DNA of 52,162 nt from Prasinococcaceae sp. CCMP 1430. Taxonomy: Eukaryota > Plantae > Prasinodermophyta. This document shows positions 22,063 through 33,100 of the stretch, in pieces; within the stretch, counting starts at the first letter, position 1, and each line of letters opens with the position of its first letter. The notes under the pieces were generated by a model that was given only the letters and a program-made list of their open reading frames with translations, was not told the DNA's origin and did no database searches. The position numbers were made by a program, and so were the translations under genes. The stretch is from contig RQSC01000630.1 in assembly GCA_013416795.1 (NCBI GenBank), positions 298,576-350,737 of the forward strand, written 5' to 3'.

Positions 22063-23502
22063 GCCGCGGCGGCGGCGGCGCTTGCGGCGCTCGCCGCGCT
22101 CGCCGCGCTCGCCACGCTGACCGCGGCAGAAAAGGACGGCGAGTGGTCGTGCGCCAACGGGTACTGGCAGGTGGACGGTTGGAAGACCGAGTTCACGTGC
22201 GATAGCAGCGGCGGCGATGACAGCGGCAAGGGCGACACAGGCATGGACAACTGGGCCGAGAAGAGCACCACGTGTACGCGCTCAGAGGACAGCGGCATGC
22301 CCGAATCCTTCCCGCGAACGTGCATTCTCGGCCCGCCCGACGGTGGGCTGCGATGCTGGTGGACGTACGTCCCGGACGCGGTCAAGATTGCGGGCGCAGG
22401 CATCAAGGTGCCGCTCGTCATTGACTTGCATGGCGGTGATGGATGCGCATCGAGCCAGGTGGGCGTGGACGGTGGCGGCTCGGGGTTCAAGAGTCTCTCC
22501 GACACCTTGGATGGCAGTGAGACCTACATCACTGTTTTCCCCCAGGGATATGGCTCACAGTGGGGCGATTGCGGCTCCACCTGCGCCGAAGCGAGCGAGG
22601 TGCATGACGGCAAGGAATTGGCTACCCAGGACGACCTGAGCTTCCTCACCAGCATGATTGCGCACATTGTCAAAAGCCAGGACGGTTCCAACCCGTCCAG
22701 GGGGCGCGTCGATGCCGAGCGTGTCTATGCCACAGGTTTCAGCATGGGCTGCATGATGGCTCACCGTCTCGCGCTAGAGCGCAGCAGCATCGTCGCGGGA
22801 GTCGGATGCCACGGCGGGACTCTGACGTACCACGCACTCGACGACGAAAGTTCTGACCTCCGAGTCGACGAGATCAAGGAGCGTTTCGACCTGCAGCCCA
22901 TCCCTGTCTACATGACCGGGGGCAGCGAGGACGATTGGTTTAGCTCGGCTGAGAGGGACCTGGGCGCGTGGGCTGCCTGGAACGGCTGTTCTGAGGAGAT
23001 TATTGTGTCTGATGACGTAGCTTTGGCCTATGCGAACGGTCCGAAGCAGGAGCAGAAGAAGAAGAAGAACAAGAAGAAATCCAGGACAATGACGAAGAGC
23101 GGCGGTGACAGTGCGACGTTGAGAGTACGCACGTCTTGCGACGCGGGCGTCGAGGTGGCAACGCTCAAAATCGATGGCGGGTTTCACGTCCACGATCCCC
23201 GCATGGCCAACTACACGTGGGAATTTGTGAAGCGCTACTCGCGCCCTGGGGCGCTCGCCGCACTCCCGGCAGACCCGGGCGCTGCCACAGAGGCAAGCCA
23301 CGAGAACAAGACGAAGAGCAAGAAAGGCAAGAAAAAGGGCAAGAAGGGCAAGAAGGGCAAGAAAGGTAAGAGAGCGGCGCCCAGGCTGTCGAAGAAGGCC
23401 GTCAAAAAGCTCTGCAAGGGCGCGAAGAGCAAGAAGCAGTGCAAGAAGGGCGACGCCAAGAGGCTGTGCGCCTTCAAGAAGAAGAGGTGTGCGCCGAAGT
23501 AG
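22063..23502 (+). CDS. Secreted alpha/beta-hydrolase (PHB depolymerase/LpqC-like esterase) with Lys-rich tail; start lost in gap
   Basis: Signal-like AAAAALAALAALAALATLTAA; PLVIDLHG; DDLSFL; VDAERVYATGFSMG (GxSxG nucleophile elbow); GSEDD (Asp); GGFH (His). Confidence 0.85.
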   Translation, partial: AAAAAALAALAALAALATLTAAEKDGEWSCANGYWQVDGWKTEFTCDSSGGDDSGKGDTGMDNWAEKSTTCTRSEDSGMPESFPRTCILGPPDGGLRCWWTYVPDAVKIAGAGIKVPLVIDLHGGDGCASSQVGVDGGGSGFKSLSDTLDGSETYITVFPQGYGSQWGDCGSTCAEASEVHDGKELATQDDLSFLTSMIAHIVKSQDGSNPSRGRVDAERVYATGFSMGCMMAHRLALERSSIVAGVGCHGGTLTYHALDDESSDLRVDEIKERFDLQPIPVYMTGGSEDDWFSSAERDLGAWAAWNGCSEEIIVSDDVALAYANGPKQEQKKKKNKKKSRTMTKSGGDSATLRVRTSCDAGVEVATLKIDGGFHVHDPRMANYTWEFVKRYSRPGALAALPADPGAATEASHENKTKSKKGKKKGKKGKKGKKGKRAAPRLSKKAVKKLCKGAKSKKQCKKGDAKRLCAFKKKRCAPK

Positions 23503-23540
23503 AGCACACTCGCACACTGCACAAAAAAAAACGCTTGGAT

Positions 23541-23549
23541 AAACCCTAA
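23541..23549 (+). promoter_or_regulatory. Telo-box-like motif AAACCCTAA upstream of RadA
   Basis: TAAACCCTAACCCT lies about 145 nt upstream of the RadA ATG. Confidence 0.4.
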
Positions 23550-23688
23550 CCCTTAACACGAGCCCGAATCCCCGGGGTGGTGACGAGGCGCTGGCAGCGC
23601 TCGTTTGGCGAGGCGACGTCGGGGCGGGTGCCACAGCGCCTGCGCGAGGCGCCTCGCGGGCGTGCGCGAGGGGCGAGGGGGCGGGTCG

Positions 23689-25500
23689 ATGATCGCGCTC
23701 GCGCTCGCGCGCCGTCGGTCCGCGCTCGGACCGCGCGCGCGCGCGCGGCGGGCGGCAGCGCGCGCTGCGGGGGACAAGGTCGCGTACGTCTGCGGGGACT
23801 GCGGCTGGGACAGCGCGCAGTGGGTCGGGAAGTGCGGTGGCTGCGGCGCGTGGAACACGCTCAAGGCGTTTAGGACGGAGCCTGCGGCGGCGAAGAAAGG
23901 ATCGGGGGGCGGCGGGGGCGCTCGCGCCGCACGTGCGGCGCTCTCCGGCGCGGGAAGACGTGAGGGGGGCGCGAGCGTCCGCAGCAGTAGGGGCGGATGG
24001 CTCGACAGCGGTGACGACGCGGGCGGCCCGCGCTCGCTCTCAGACGTCGGGGACGAAATTGCCGACCGGAAGCGCGACTTCAGGCGGAGTACTGGCGCAG
24101 GCGGCTGGCGCACCCCGTTGGCGGGCGCTGAGGGCGCGGAGCTCATGCGTGTGCTCGGCGGGGGGGTGGTGCCGGGAAGTCTTACACTCGTCGGCGGAGA
24201 GCCTGGCGTTGGCAAGTCCACTCTCCTGCTGCAGCTCGCCGCGATGATGACACGGATGACGCCTGATTCGCAAGCGCGCGAATCGAATGCAGGCGGAGAG
24301 GCGAACGGCGCGGGGAGCGAGTCTGGGGTCGAGGCGCGCGATGCCAGTGGCACCGACGACGCCGGCAAGCAGGTGCTGTACGTGAGCGGCGAGGAGAGCG
24401 AGCAGCAGATTCACGACCGCGCTACGCGCTTGGCCGCGACGACACCCGATGCACTCACCCGCATGCTGGTGCACAGCTCGACGTCGGTGGACGAGGTGCT
24501 GGAGGCAGCGGTCGAGCTGCGGCCCGCGGCCATTATAGTCGATAGTATCCAGACGGTGTACCTGGATGGCGTGTCGGGGTCGGCCGGGAGTGTGACGCAG
24601 GTGAGAGAGTGCGCTGCGGCGCTCCTCCGCGTGGCGAAGAGCGAGGGCATTCCCATCATGCTGGTAGGCCATGTTACGAAGGGCGGCGAGATTGCGGGCC
24701 CGCGCGTGCTCGAGCACATCGTGGACACAGTGCTGTACCTGGAAAGCGACGCGAGCGGCGGCAGCTGTCGCATGCTGCGGGCGTTCAAGAATCGCTTCGG
24801 CCCCACCGACGAGGTGGGCCTTTTCGAGATGGGCGCCGCAGGCGTCCGCGCCCTGCCCGACGTGTCGCGCCTCTTCCTCAGCGACGCGAGCGCGTCGGGT
24901 AGCTCTCCCTCTGCAGTGGTCGCCGCTCTTGAGGGTAGCCGTGGAATGATGGTCGAGGTGCAGTCGCTCGCGAATGAGCTGCCGGAGTACTATGATGGGC
25001 CACCGAAGCGCGTAGCGACGGGTCTCGATCACAATCGAGTGCACATGATGCTTGCGATCATGGCAAAGTCAGCCAGGCTGCCCGCATACGGCTACGAAGT
25101 GTACCTCAATGTCACAGGCGGCGCCAAGCTCACAGACCCTGCGTCTGACCTTGCGGTGTGCGTGGCTGTGGCCTCTTCGATGAGGGACGTCGCGCCCGCG
25201 CCGCGCGTGGCGTACTGTGCCGAAGTTGGCCTCGGCGGCGAGCTGCGACCCGTGAGCCAGCTCGCGCGTCGCCTCAAGGAGGCACAGCGCATGGGCTTCG
25301 ACAAGGTGATCGTGGCCGGTGGTGCGGCCGCGGCAGATGCGCGCGCTGCCGCCGAGGAGCTCGGGGGGGATGGGATCGAAGTGGTGCCGTGCGCGAGGCT
25401 CATCGATGCGCTTGCCATCGCGCTCGATGGCGGCGGCAGCGCGCATTCGTCCGCGAGTAAGCCACGAGCAAGGAGACCCTACCGCAAGCAGACGGGTTGA
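23689..25500 (+). CDS. RADA: DNA repair protein RadA/Sms, organelle-targeted
   Basis: Arg/Ala-rich transit peptide; C4 zinc finger YVCGDCG..GKCGGCGAWN; Walker A GEPGVGKS; IVDSIQT; KNRFG; LonC-like tail EVGLGGELR. Confidence 0.95.
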   Translation: MIALALARRRSALGPRARARRAAARAAGDKVAYVCGDCGWDSAQWVGKCGGCGAWNTLKAFRTEPAAAKKGSGGGGGARAARAALSGAGRREGGASVRSSRGGWLDSGDDAGGPRSLSDVGDEIADRKRDFRRSTGAGGWRTPLAGAEGAELMRVLGGGVVPGSLTLVGGEPGVGKSTLLLQLAAMMTRMTPDSQARESNAGGEANGAGSESGVEARDASGTDDAGKQVLYVSGEESEQQIHDRATRLAATTPDALTRMLVHSSTSVDEVLEAAVELRPAAIIVDSIQTVYLDGVSGSAGSVTQVRECAAALLRVAKSEGIPIMLVGHVTKGGEIAGPRVLEHIVDTVLYLESDASGGSCRMLRAFKNRFGPTDEVGLFEMGAAGVRALPDVSRLFLSDASASGSSPSAVVAALEGSRGMMVEVQSLANELPEYYDGPPKRVATGLDHNRVHMMLAIMAKSARLPAYGYEVYLNVTGGAKLTDPASDLAVCVAVASSMRDVAPAPRVAYCAEVGLGGELRPVSQLARRLKEAQRMGFDKVIVAGGAAAADARAAAEELGGDGIEVVPCARLIDALAIALDGGGSAHSSASKPRARRPYRKQTG

Positions 25501-25656
25501 CTCGGGCGACGCTCACACTGTGGGTCCTAGCTAGCGTTGGCTTGTCTGGCTGGTGGCTCAGCGCGGGAGCTGTAAATCTTTGTGATCAGTACGAGTACCT
25601 GCGGACCTCGCGCCCAGCGGGCTCGCCACGCTATCAGCTGCACCTCGCCCACTATT

Positions 25657-27251
25657 CTACCCGTCGAGCGAGCGATGCACGTTCGAGGTCGTCCTGCTGC
25701 AGTTGAAGCCTGTGAAGCGATACTTGTAGCCGTCACCGAAGGACTTGGAAAAATCGCCGTTGGTGCCCGCCCAGGTCAGGGGCATCTCCTGCTGCGTCAC
25801 TCTTTTGTAGCCGTAGACATTGTTCGAGGTCTGGTACACCGGGTGCTGCTTCCTCGGGTTGTGAGCGAACTTCGCGGAATCCGTGAAGCGACCAGGGAGC
25901 GGCCTCGCCCCCGCTGCCGAACCCGTCGCCACCTGGCGGGCGGCGACCGTGTCGCGCCAGCGTTCGTCGAAGCGGCGCGTGGAAATCTCCAGATCGCGCG
26001 CCTGACGTCCACTGCCCATCAGCTCCGCCTGGCGCGCCTCGGCGTGCACCAGCCGCGCGGCAATGTCACGCGCTGAGTGGAGCGAGGCAAAGTCCAGAGA
26101 CGAGTCTGTGTCGGCGATCTTCGCCTTGAGCTGCGTCTTGCGCCGCTCGATCTGCCAAAACGACACGAATGCCTCGGTGCGATAGACCTCGCCGAGTGTG
26201 GCGAGCCCGAAGGCACTCTCCAGGCGCATGCCGTAGAGAGGCATCCCCGATGACGCGAGGTGGGCTGCAATGTCTGGAAGCACTGCGGTCGGATGCTCCT
26301 CGCAGAACGCGCGCGCGAGCGGAACGCTCGAAGCGCGCAAAAATACGAGCGGCGCGGCAGCCAGCATGCCACCTTGCCGCCCCGGCTGCATGCCTGTCAC
26401 CACCGGATTGAAGAGCTTGTCCTCGCCCTCCTTGAGGTCCACCGAGGCAACCACCTCGGGCATGCCGTAGGGCTCTACGCAGGCAGGTGAGTAGATGCCT
26501 AGGGCGTTTTGAGCGCGCGTGGACGCGCCCTCGACGATGCGGGTGAAGGGGTAGCCCGGGTGTGGCATGTGCTCGGTGTCGATGAGCAACAGTGAGTCGG
26601 GCACATCATCATCGTGAACATCGTTCCACGCCATAAACGCTGCCACGTCGCCCGCCACGCCACGGTACTGGGTCGGGTGGCTCGCGCTGTTCGACACGAT
26701 GTTTGACAGGGGAAATCCAGCCTGCCCCATCACCGTCCGAGCACCCTCAGACGCCCACGCGCGCAGCATCCCCAAGTTGCGGTCATTGCACACGATGACA
26801 ACCTTCTGCTCGAGCGGCAACATCCTCGGGCATTGCGCGAGCTGGGCTAGCCATGCGTTGAGCGCCGCGCCCTCGCCGATCTGTGTGAGGCAGGGCACCG
26901 CGAATTGGTTGCCCTCATCGCCGTGGATGTAACTCTCACGCTGCTGCAAGTGCTGGCAGTCCGCCACGAGTCGCTCGCCGAACCCGCCGGCAAGCAGAAC
27001 CGCCCTGCAATGTGTGCCACCGCGCAAATGTCAGCGATCGCCAGCGACCGCGCATGCCAGCCAGTGGACACGACTGTGCACGCACGCTCCTACAGCACTG
27101 CGCGCAGCCGAGCGCGCGTCCACCCGCGCGCGACTGCAGGCGCGTTGCCACGCGCTCGGCGCGCTTCGCCCGCGCGCGCGCTCTAGGCGCGTGCATCTAC
27201 CACGCACTTGAGCTTGGTGATGACCGGGGGCGGCCTCTGCGACGAGTCCAT
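25657..27251 (-). CDS. FAP182-like protein: nucleotidyltransferase-like N-terminal domain plus C-terminal PIERCE1/2-type domain
   Basis: Exon 1 27251-27208 (MDSSQRPPPVITKLK) and intron 27005-27207 restore LKAVLLAGGFGERL. C-terminal HPVYQTSNNVYG..EMPLTW..FSKSF resembles the PIERCE1/C9orf116 motif YxTSNxxYG. Confidence 0.75.
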
Positions 27252-27975
27252 GGCGCGCGCGCGCACGCCCACGCCGGACCACGCGCGGCGAGTGGGCGCC
27301 GGCGACCAACGCGCCGCCGCCGCCGCCACGCGCGCCCAAATGCGGCCTCGCGCGCGCGGGGGAACGGCGCCGTATCAAAACGCACCCGGCGCGCCCCCCC
27401 GCCCCCTGCGGCCGAATGCCTTTTGATGGCCCCCGCAGGTGAACCTCGCGTCTAACTGCAACGTCTCGGCGCCCAGAGCCCCTCATCGCGCGACGGCTGC
27501 GCACAATGGGATCAATTTACTGCATTACGCAGGGCAGATAGCGTTTCTCATAGACAAATACTCTTTTGTCGTCATCATTACCCACGGGAGAGAATTCTGA
27601 CGGACGGTCATATTAGGGTTTACAATGATGCGCTCGCGAAGTTCATTTCAGCTGCGCATATGCTCGACCTGTGTTTGGGTTTTGGTGTCAAATCCCCATA
27701 CTTGGCGCTCATCGTCATCCGCCGGGTGTTGCCACCTGCCTGGGCTGTGCCAGGCGGCGGTCGAGTGGGGGGGCGCGGAGTCGACTGCAACGCCACCGGC
27801 GGTCGCCGGTGCTCGCCTGCAGTTTGACGGGGTCGGCACCAACGCCGCTCGCAGGCGCCGACGCGCCAGAGTCGGTGGTGCCACGCACCGATAGCCAGAT
27901 CCTCGCCGCTGGCGTCGCTCGCGTCGCGGACGTCCAATCACGCCCTCTGCGAGCAGGGACCAGAGGGGCGCCTTA

Positions 27976-28446
27976 TTAGAACTGCATCCAGCCGGGCGGC
28001 GCGCGTGAGGGTGGGTCCAGTTGGCGGCGATGCGCCTGCTTCGGCGGGGCGGCCGCGGCATCGACGCGCGCAATGAGGCCTTGCAGCGCCTGCTCGCGCA
28101 GCGAGCCCGGCAGGCGCAGGGTGCGCGTCAGTTGGTGCAACGGCGGCGCGCTGGCGGCGAATCTGCGGCGGGAAGGAGGCGAGACGGGGGAGCTCCTCAC
28201 CTTGACTGCGTCTTTTCGTGCTCGTCGAAAGGTCGCGAGCTCTGCCTCCGCCTGAGGAGGATCGACGCCATCCAGGGAGAAGAGCTTCTTCTCCAGAGCG
28301 TCAACGAGGCCCGCAGCCTCGTTCGCCGCCGGCGCCGGCCCGATGGGCGACGTCGCCTGCCGCTCCAGCGCCATGACACGGTCCTCGAGCCGCTCGGCGC
28401 GACACGCGTCAACGACTGCCTTGATGCCGGCGAGGCCCGCCGGCAT
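27976..28446 (-). CDS. Small BAG-domain protein (Hsp70 co-chaperone)
   Basis: LEKKLFSLDGV..RRARKDAVK, then intron 28090-28200, then ALQGLIARVD; this matches BAG helices 2-3. Confidence 0.7.
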   Translation of the reverse strand: MPAGLAGIKAVVDACRAERLEDRVMALERQATSPIGPAPAANEAAGLVDALEKKLFSLDGVDPPQAEAELATFRRARKDAVKVRSSPVSPPSRRRFAASAPPLHQLTRTLRLPGSLREQALQGLIARVDAAAAPPKQAHRRQLDPPSRAPPGWMQF

Positions 28447-29280
28447 TGTCGCGCCGCGCCGCCCCGCCCGTGTGCGCCCCTTCCCCTCGGCCGACGGCTG
28501 CGCCGCCGCCGGCCCGCGCACGTGCCCAAGCCTCGCGCTCCTTTCCGAGATCTTGTCCCCTCTTTCTTTCCCTCCTTCCCTCCTTCCCTCCCACACGCGT
28601 CGTTGGCCGCCCGCCGATCCCTCTGCTGCGCCGCTCGCGCGCCGCTCGCGCACTGGCGCCGCCACGAGCGTCACACCCCCGCGCCCGCGCCGGCGGCACG
28701 TGCGCGCGCGCGCCAACCGCCTCGCGGCCTGGCCAGGAAAAAAAAAACGCACCATTTTCCACGTGAAATTATCGCGGCATCATTTCGCGCTTGATACCAT
28801 TTCGAAAAGGACATCGGATTTCCAGGATTTTTTCAATTCAGAGACATTCGCGGTCACGCGGTGGTGTATCTTTCGGAGCCGGGAAGCGGCAAATTGTTTT
28901 TTCGTGGGGGGTGCGGCTGCTCGCGGGTCAAGATCGGCGCACACGCGGGGGGGGTCTGGGCTGTTGGCGCCGGCGTGCCACACCTCGCGCCGGCGCGGCG
29001 TGCAAGGGGAGGGGGAGGGGGCGTGTGGCGTGTGTGGTTGAGGTGCGAGGGAGGAGGGCCCAGGCGCCCCGGGCGTGGCGATCGGGAGCGTTAAGGGCGC
29101 CGCGCCGCGCCGCGTGTACCCCTGCTGCAGCCGCGGCTGGCCCGCCGACCAGGGCAAGGCCGGGGAGCGGAGAGGAGGGGAGCCGCGCCAGGCGCCGGGC
29201 GCCAGGCGGGGCGTGCCGCAACATCACGGGTCACGGGGGTGGCGATCGTGAGGTGTGGACAGTGGTAAGGCTGGGGGGCG

Positions 29281-30006
29281 ATGGCGATGTACGGCAATGA
29301 CATGGCAGACAGCATGGGGGATTCGGGGTTCTTTAGCCCGTTCATGCGCAACGCTTCGGTGGCGTCCTCGCGTTGGCAGCAGCTACTGGACAAGATGACG
29401 CCACACCCGCTGCCTCGCTGGCTGGGTACCTTAGTGCTCGCGCTGATGTATGGATTGCGCGTGTACGTGGTCCAGGGGTTTTTCATCGTCACGTACGGCC
29501 TCGGCATATACGTGCTCAACCTCTTTATCGGCTTCCTTACACCGCAGGGGATGAGCGCCGATGTCGACACCGATGAGCCGGTGCTGCCCACCAAGGACAG
29601 CGAGGAGTTCAAGCCGTTCGTCAGGAAGTTACCTGAATTCAAGGTGAGCCCGCGAGCTGGCTGTGGGTGCGGTCGGTATGCAATGACGCTCGCCCCGCCC
29701 GCTCGAGCCGCTTGCGCTGGGCGGCGAGATGCGCTGCTGACCGGCGCGTCCGCTGCCCCGACACCCCACTCCCATCCTTCTTCGCAGTTCTGGTATTCGA
29801 TCAGCAAGGCGTTCGTCATTGCTTCATTCATGACGCTATTCCCTTTCTTCGACATCCCCGTTTTCTGGCCCATCCTGCTCATGTACTGGCTCTTGCTCGT
29901 GGGGATGACGATGAAGAAGCAGATCAAGCACATGCTGAAGCACAAGTACCTTCCGTTCACCACGGGCAAAAAGAAGTTCACTGGGGCGAGCAAGAATGCT
30001 AAGTGA
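29281..30006 (+). CDS. RER1: Protein RER1 (Golgi-to-ER retrieval receptor)
   Basis: LDKMTP..RW, GFFIVTYGLGIYVLNLFIGFLTP, EFKPFVRKLPEFK, intron 29644-29787, then FW, FDIPVFWPIL and MKKQIKHMLKHKYLPF. Confidence 0.96.
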   Translation: MAMYGNDMADSMGDSGFFSPFMRNASVASSRWQQLLDKMTPHPLPRWLGTLVLALMYGLRVYVVQGFFIVTYGLGIYVLNLFIGFLTPQGMSADVDTDEPVLPTKDSEEFKPFVRKLPEFKVSPRAGCGCGRYAMTLAPPARAACAGRRDALLTGASAAPTPHSHPSSQFWYSISKAFVIASFMTLFPFFDIPVFWPILLMYWLLLVGMTMKKQIKHMLKHKYLPFTTGKKKFTGASKNAK

Positions 30007-30156
30007 CGTCGTTGTAAAGCAATTCTTCGTCGCCAATGGCACGCGTGCTGACGGGGTTGTCGCCTGCGGCGGGAGCATCATTAGTGTGGTATTACATGGG
30101 GAATGTACAGCCTTCGTGCAGCGTGCCTCGTGTCCGTTGGGCTCGCTCGCCCACGA

Positions 30157-33100
30157 TCACATGAGCACCCTGTACTGGCAGATGGTCTGGTCGCTGCCGC
30201 CGACGGTGATGAGCGCCGAGTCATCAAATAGGAACCTCGTGCCCACGACGTTGTTGGAGTGTCCCCCGTACTGTTTCCTCCCGCAGCCCTCGTGCGCAGG
30301 GTACGGGTACAGGCTCACCACACCGAAGTCGTCGCCTGTAGCGACGCACGTGCGCGTGTGCGAGCGGTCCGCCGTGTTGACGTCCATCCCATTGGTGTGC
30401 GAGGGCCAGATGCCCTGCACAGGCCAGCCCGAGACCGAGGTCCATGTCGACCAGTCGAGGTTGCGCGTGTCCGAAGCGTACTTGATCTGCTTGCCGCTCG
30501 GCATCTCCCAGAACATGAGGTCGAAGTCGCCGGAGATGGTCTGCAGGACGGTCGAGTCGGAGGACCAGTCCAGATGGCGAATGAAAGAGCGGTGGCCCTT
30601 GCACACGGCAACACGCCCATAGTGCCGTGAAATGTCGTAAATGTCCACGTAGTTGTCGTACGAGCCCACCGCAAGATACAGGCCATTAGGCGAATACTTG
30701 AGGTCGTGGATGGGCTCCTCGCGATCGCGCTTTGTGTGGATGGTGTCGAGCGAGTCCGATGAGATGATCGCCACCCCGCCATTCACCAGGCCGATGGCGA
30801 TCTGCGAGCCGTCGGGATGGTACGCGCAAGAGCGCCCTTTGGTGCCCAGGTCGCGGATCATCACCATGCGCCTGCTGGGTACGTGCCACACACGCACCGT
30901 GCCGTCGTCGCCGCACGTCACGAACTGGTGCTCGCTCGGGTGCGTAGCCAAACCCCAGACGTCACCCATTGCGTGGCCCTGCAGTACCAGCGCGAACGAG
31001 TGGCTCGTCAAATCCATTTCATAGATTTCCGAAGTGCGTGTCCCGATCAGGAGCACGTCGGCACCAGGAGAGGCATGCAACGACTGCGCAGGTTGGCATT
31101 TGACGCGGGCGTGTACGCGGGCGCGCCCGGGGGCGCATTGTCAGTGCGATGCGCATGCGCCGACAGGCTTCCTAGAATAGCGCACGCGGTGCGCACCTTA
31201 ATGCACGAGCCCAGCGCCTGCGGGTTGCCTATGGCCACCTGGCGATAGCATTGGCTCAAGTCCGATGCCCAAAACTTGACGATACCCTCCTTGCCGCCCG
31301 AAATGATCATTTCCTCCGTTGCCGTTACGCTCTGCGTGACTTCGTGGCACTTGCGCATGTTTGTCGCCAGCTGGTAGCCCTTGAAGAGGTACAGCGATCC
31401 GTCCTGCGTGCCCACCACCGTCGTATCCGGCGCGGGAAAGGCGACGCATAGCGTCGTCTGCACGTGGCCCCTGCGCGAGAACACGGCCGCCTTCGACTTT
31501 AAGGGCTCCGTCGACCAGAAGGCGAGGTGCTTGACGCCCGCGGTGACGACATAGTCTTGGAATGGCGACCAGCGCACCTGCACAATCTTGTCACGCGACA
31601 CGGGCGAACTGGCGAGCAGCGCACCTGTCTGCCAGCGGTAGAGGACCAGCGTGAAGTCGATGTCCGCACCGATGGCCGCCAGCAGGTGGCCGTCGCGCGA
31701 GAACGTCAGTGACGAGACTGCACGTTTGAGCATCCCCTGCAGCACGATGAGCGGCCCCCGCATGTCTTCTGCGGACCACACCAGTATGCGTGGTGACTTG
31801 GCCACTTCGCCTGTGGCAAATATGCTGCCGCTCGGGTGGCGCGCCATGGAGACAATGTCACCCCGGTGTCCGGTGGGCGAACGCGCGTTCGGATCATCGA
31901 TGAGAAAACGCTGCGTGTTGCTCTCCTTGTTGTAAGCAACACCCATCGCGGCCGTGTGATAGACAATCTCGCCCTTGGCATTGAAGAAGACGTTGTCGCG
32001 TGCGTCGTGCGCACGCGCCCCGTACACGAATTCAAGCTCCAGATTCTCTAAAGGCGGTGCGAGTGCGTCAGATTCGCGCGTGTAGCCATCCGGAGCGAAA
32101 ATGCTCGGTGCACAGGGCCAGTACGCGAGCCTGGAGTTTGGATCCAGGCCCGTGTCCCTCGGGATGTCCAGCCACGGCTTCGCCGTGACTGCCTGCAGCG
32201 GGGTGAACACCGGCGCGCCGTTGTCGTAGCCCGAGAGCACCATTTGCAAAGTCTGGTTGGCGACGTTGGCCACGTCGTAGGCATCCATCGCGTCGATGAC
32301 CTCCTCTTCGACGTCCGAGGTCATTTCCTCATCAATTTCGTCCGGCGAGTAGTGGCGCCACTGTAGCACGCAACGATCTCCACCGCCCGTGCTCAGCACG
32401 TACATGTCATTGTACGAGAAGCGCACGTTCGTGACGTGATGCGCGTGGCCCACGTAGCCGTGGTAGTCAGCTCGCCCGACATCGCACGGGAATCGGAAGA
32501 GCTTAATCATACCGAAGTCTTCAGCGACCACCACAGCCGATTCGTCTGTGTGTGCCCTGTCGCACGCAGAGATGTCGGTGCCATCTGCGTGCTTGGGCCA
32601 CACACCCTGCACAGGCCAGCCTAGCGGACACGTCCACGTTGCCCAGTGCACGTCCTTGAGTGCAGACGGGAACTTAACTTGCTCACACGAAGGCACCTCC
32701 CAATAGAGCAGCTCGTAGTCGCCAGAATTCGTCTGCAGCAAGCGTGAGTCGTCCGACCAGTCCATATGCGTGATATAGCTTGAGTGGCCCTTGCACACAC
32801 CAACGCGCTTAAAGTTACGCACGACATCATACATGTCGACGAAGTTGTCGTGCGAGCCCACAGCGAGCCAGCGGCCGTCGGGTGAGTACTTCACCTGTGA
32901 AATCTCCTCACGCCTGTGCTTCTTGGAGGCCAGCAGGTTGCTGGTGGCCGTATCGAACACCATGAAGCCGCCCCTGTGCAGTCCGACCACGGACTGCTTA
33001 CCGTCAGAAGAGTACGCGCAACAACGTGCGCGGCTGGGCAAATTTCGAGAAGATACCATCACGCGCTCCTGCATGTCCCACACGCGCACGGTTCTGGCAT

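Noticed and set aside
19344-23502. Long ORFs of 1053 aa and 811 aa spanning the gap
   Set aside because: Artefacts of translating through N; two separate divergent genes flank the gap.
19344-25500. Bacterial contamination or HGT island (PBP, esterase, RadA)
   Set aside because: Host-like GC and codon use, eukaryotic targeting leaders, no operon layout, and contiguity with eukaryotic genes on each side of the gap.
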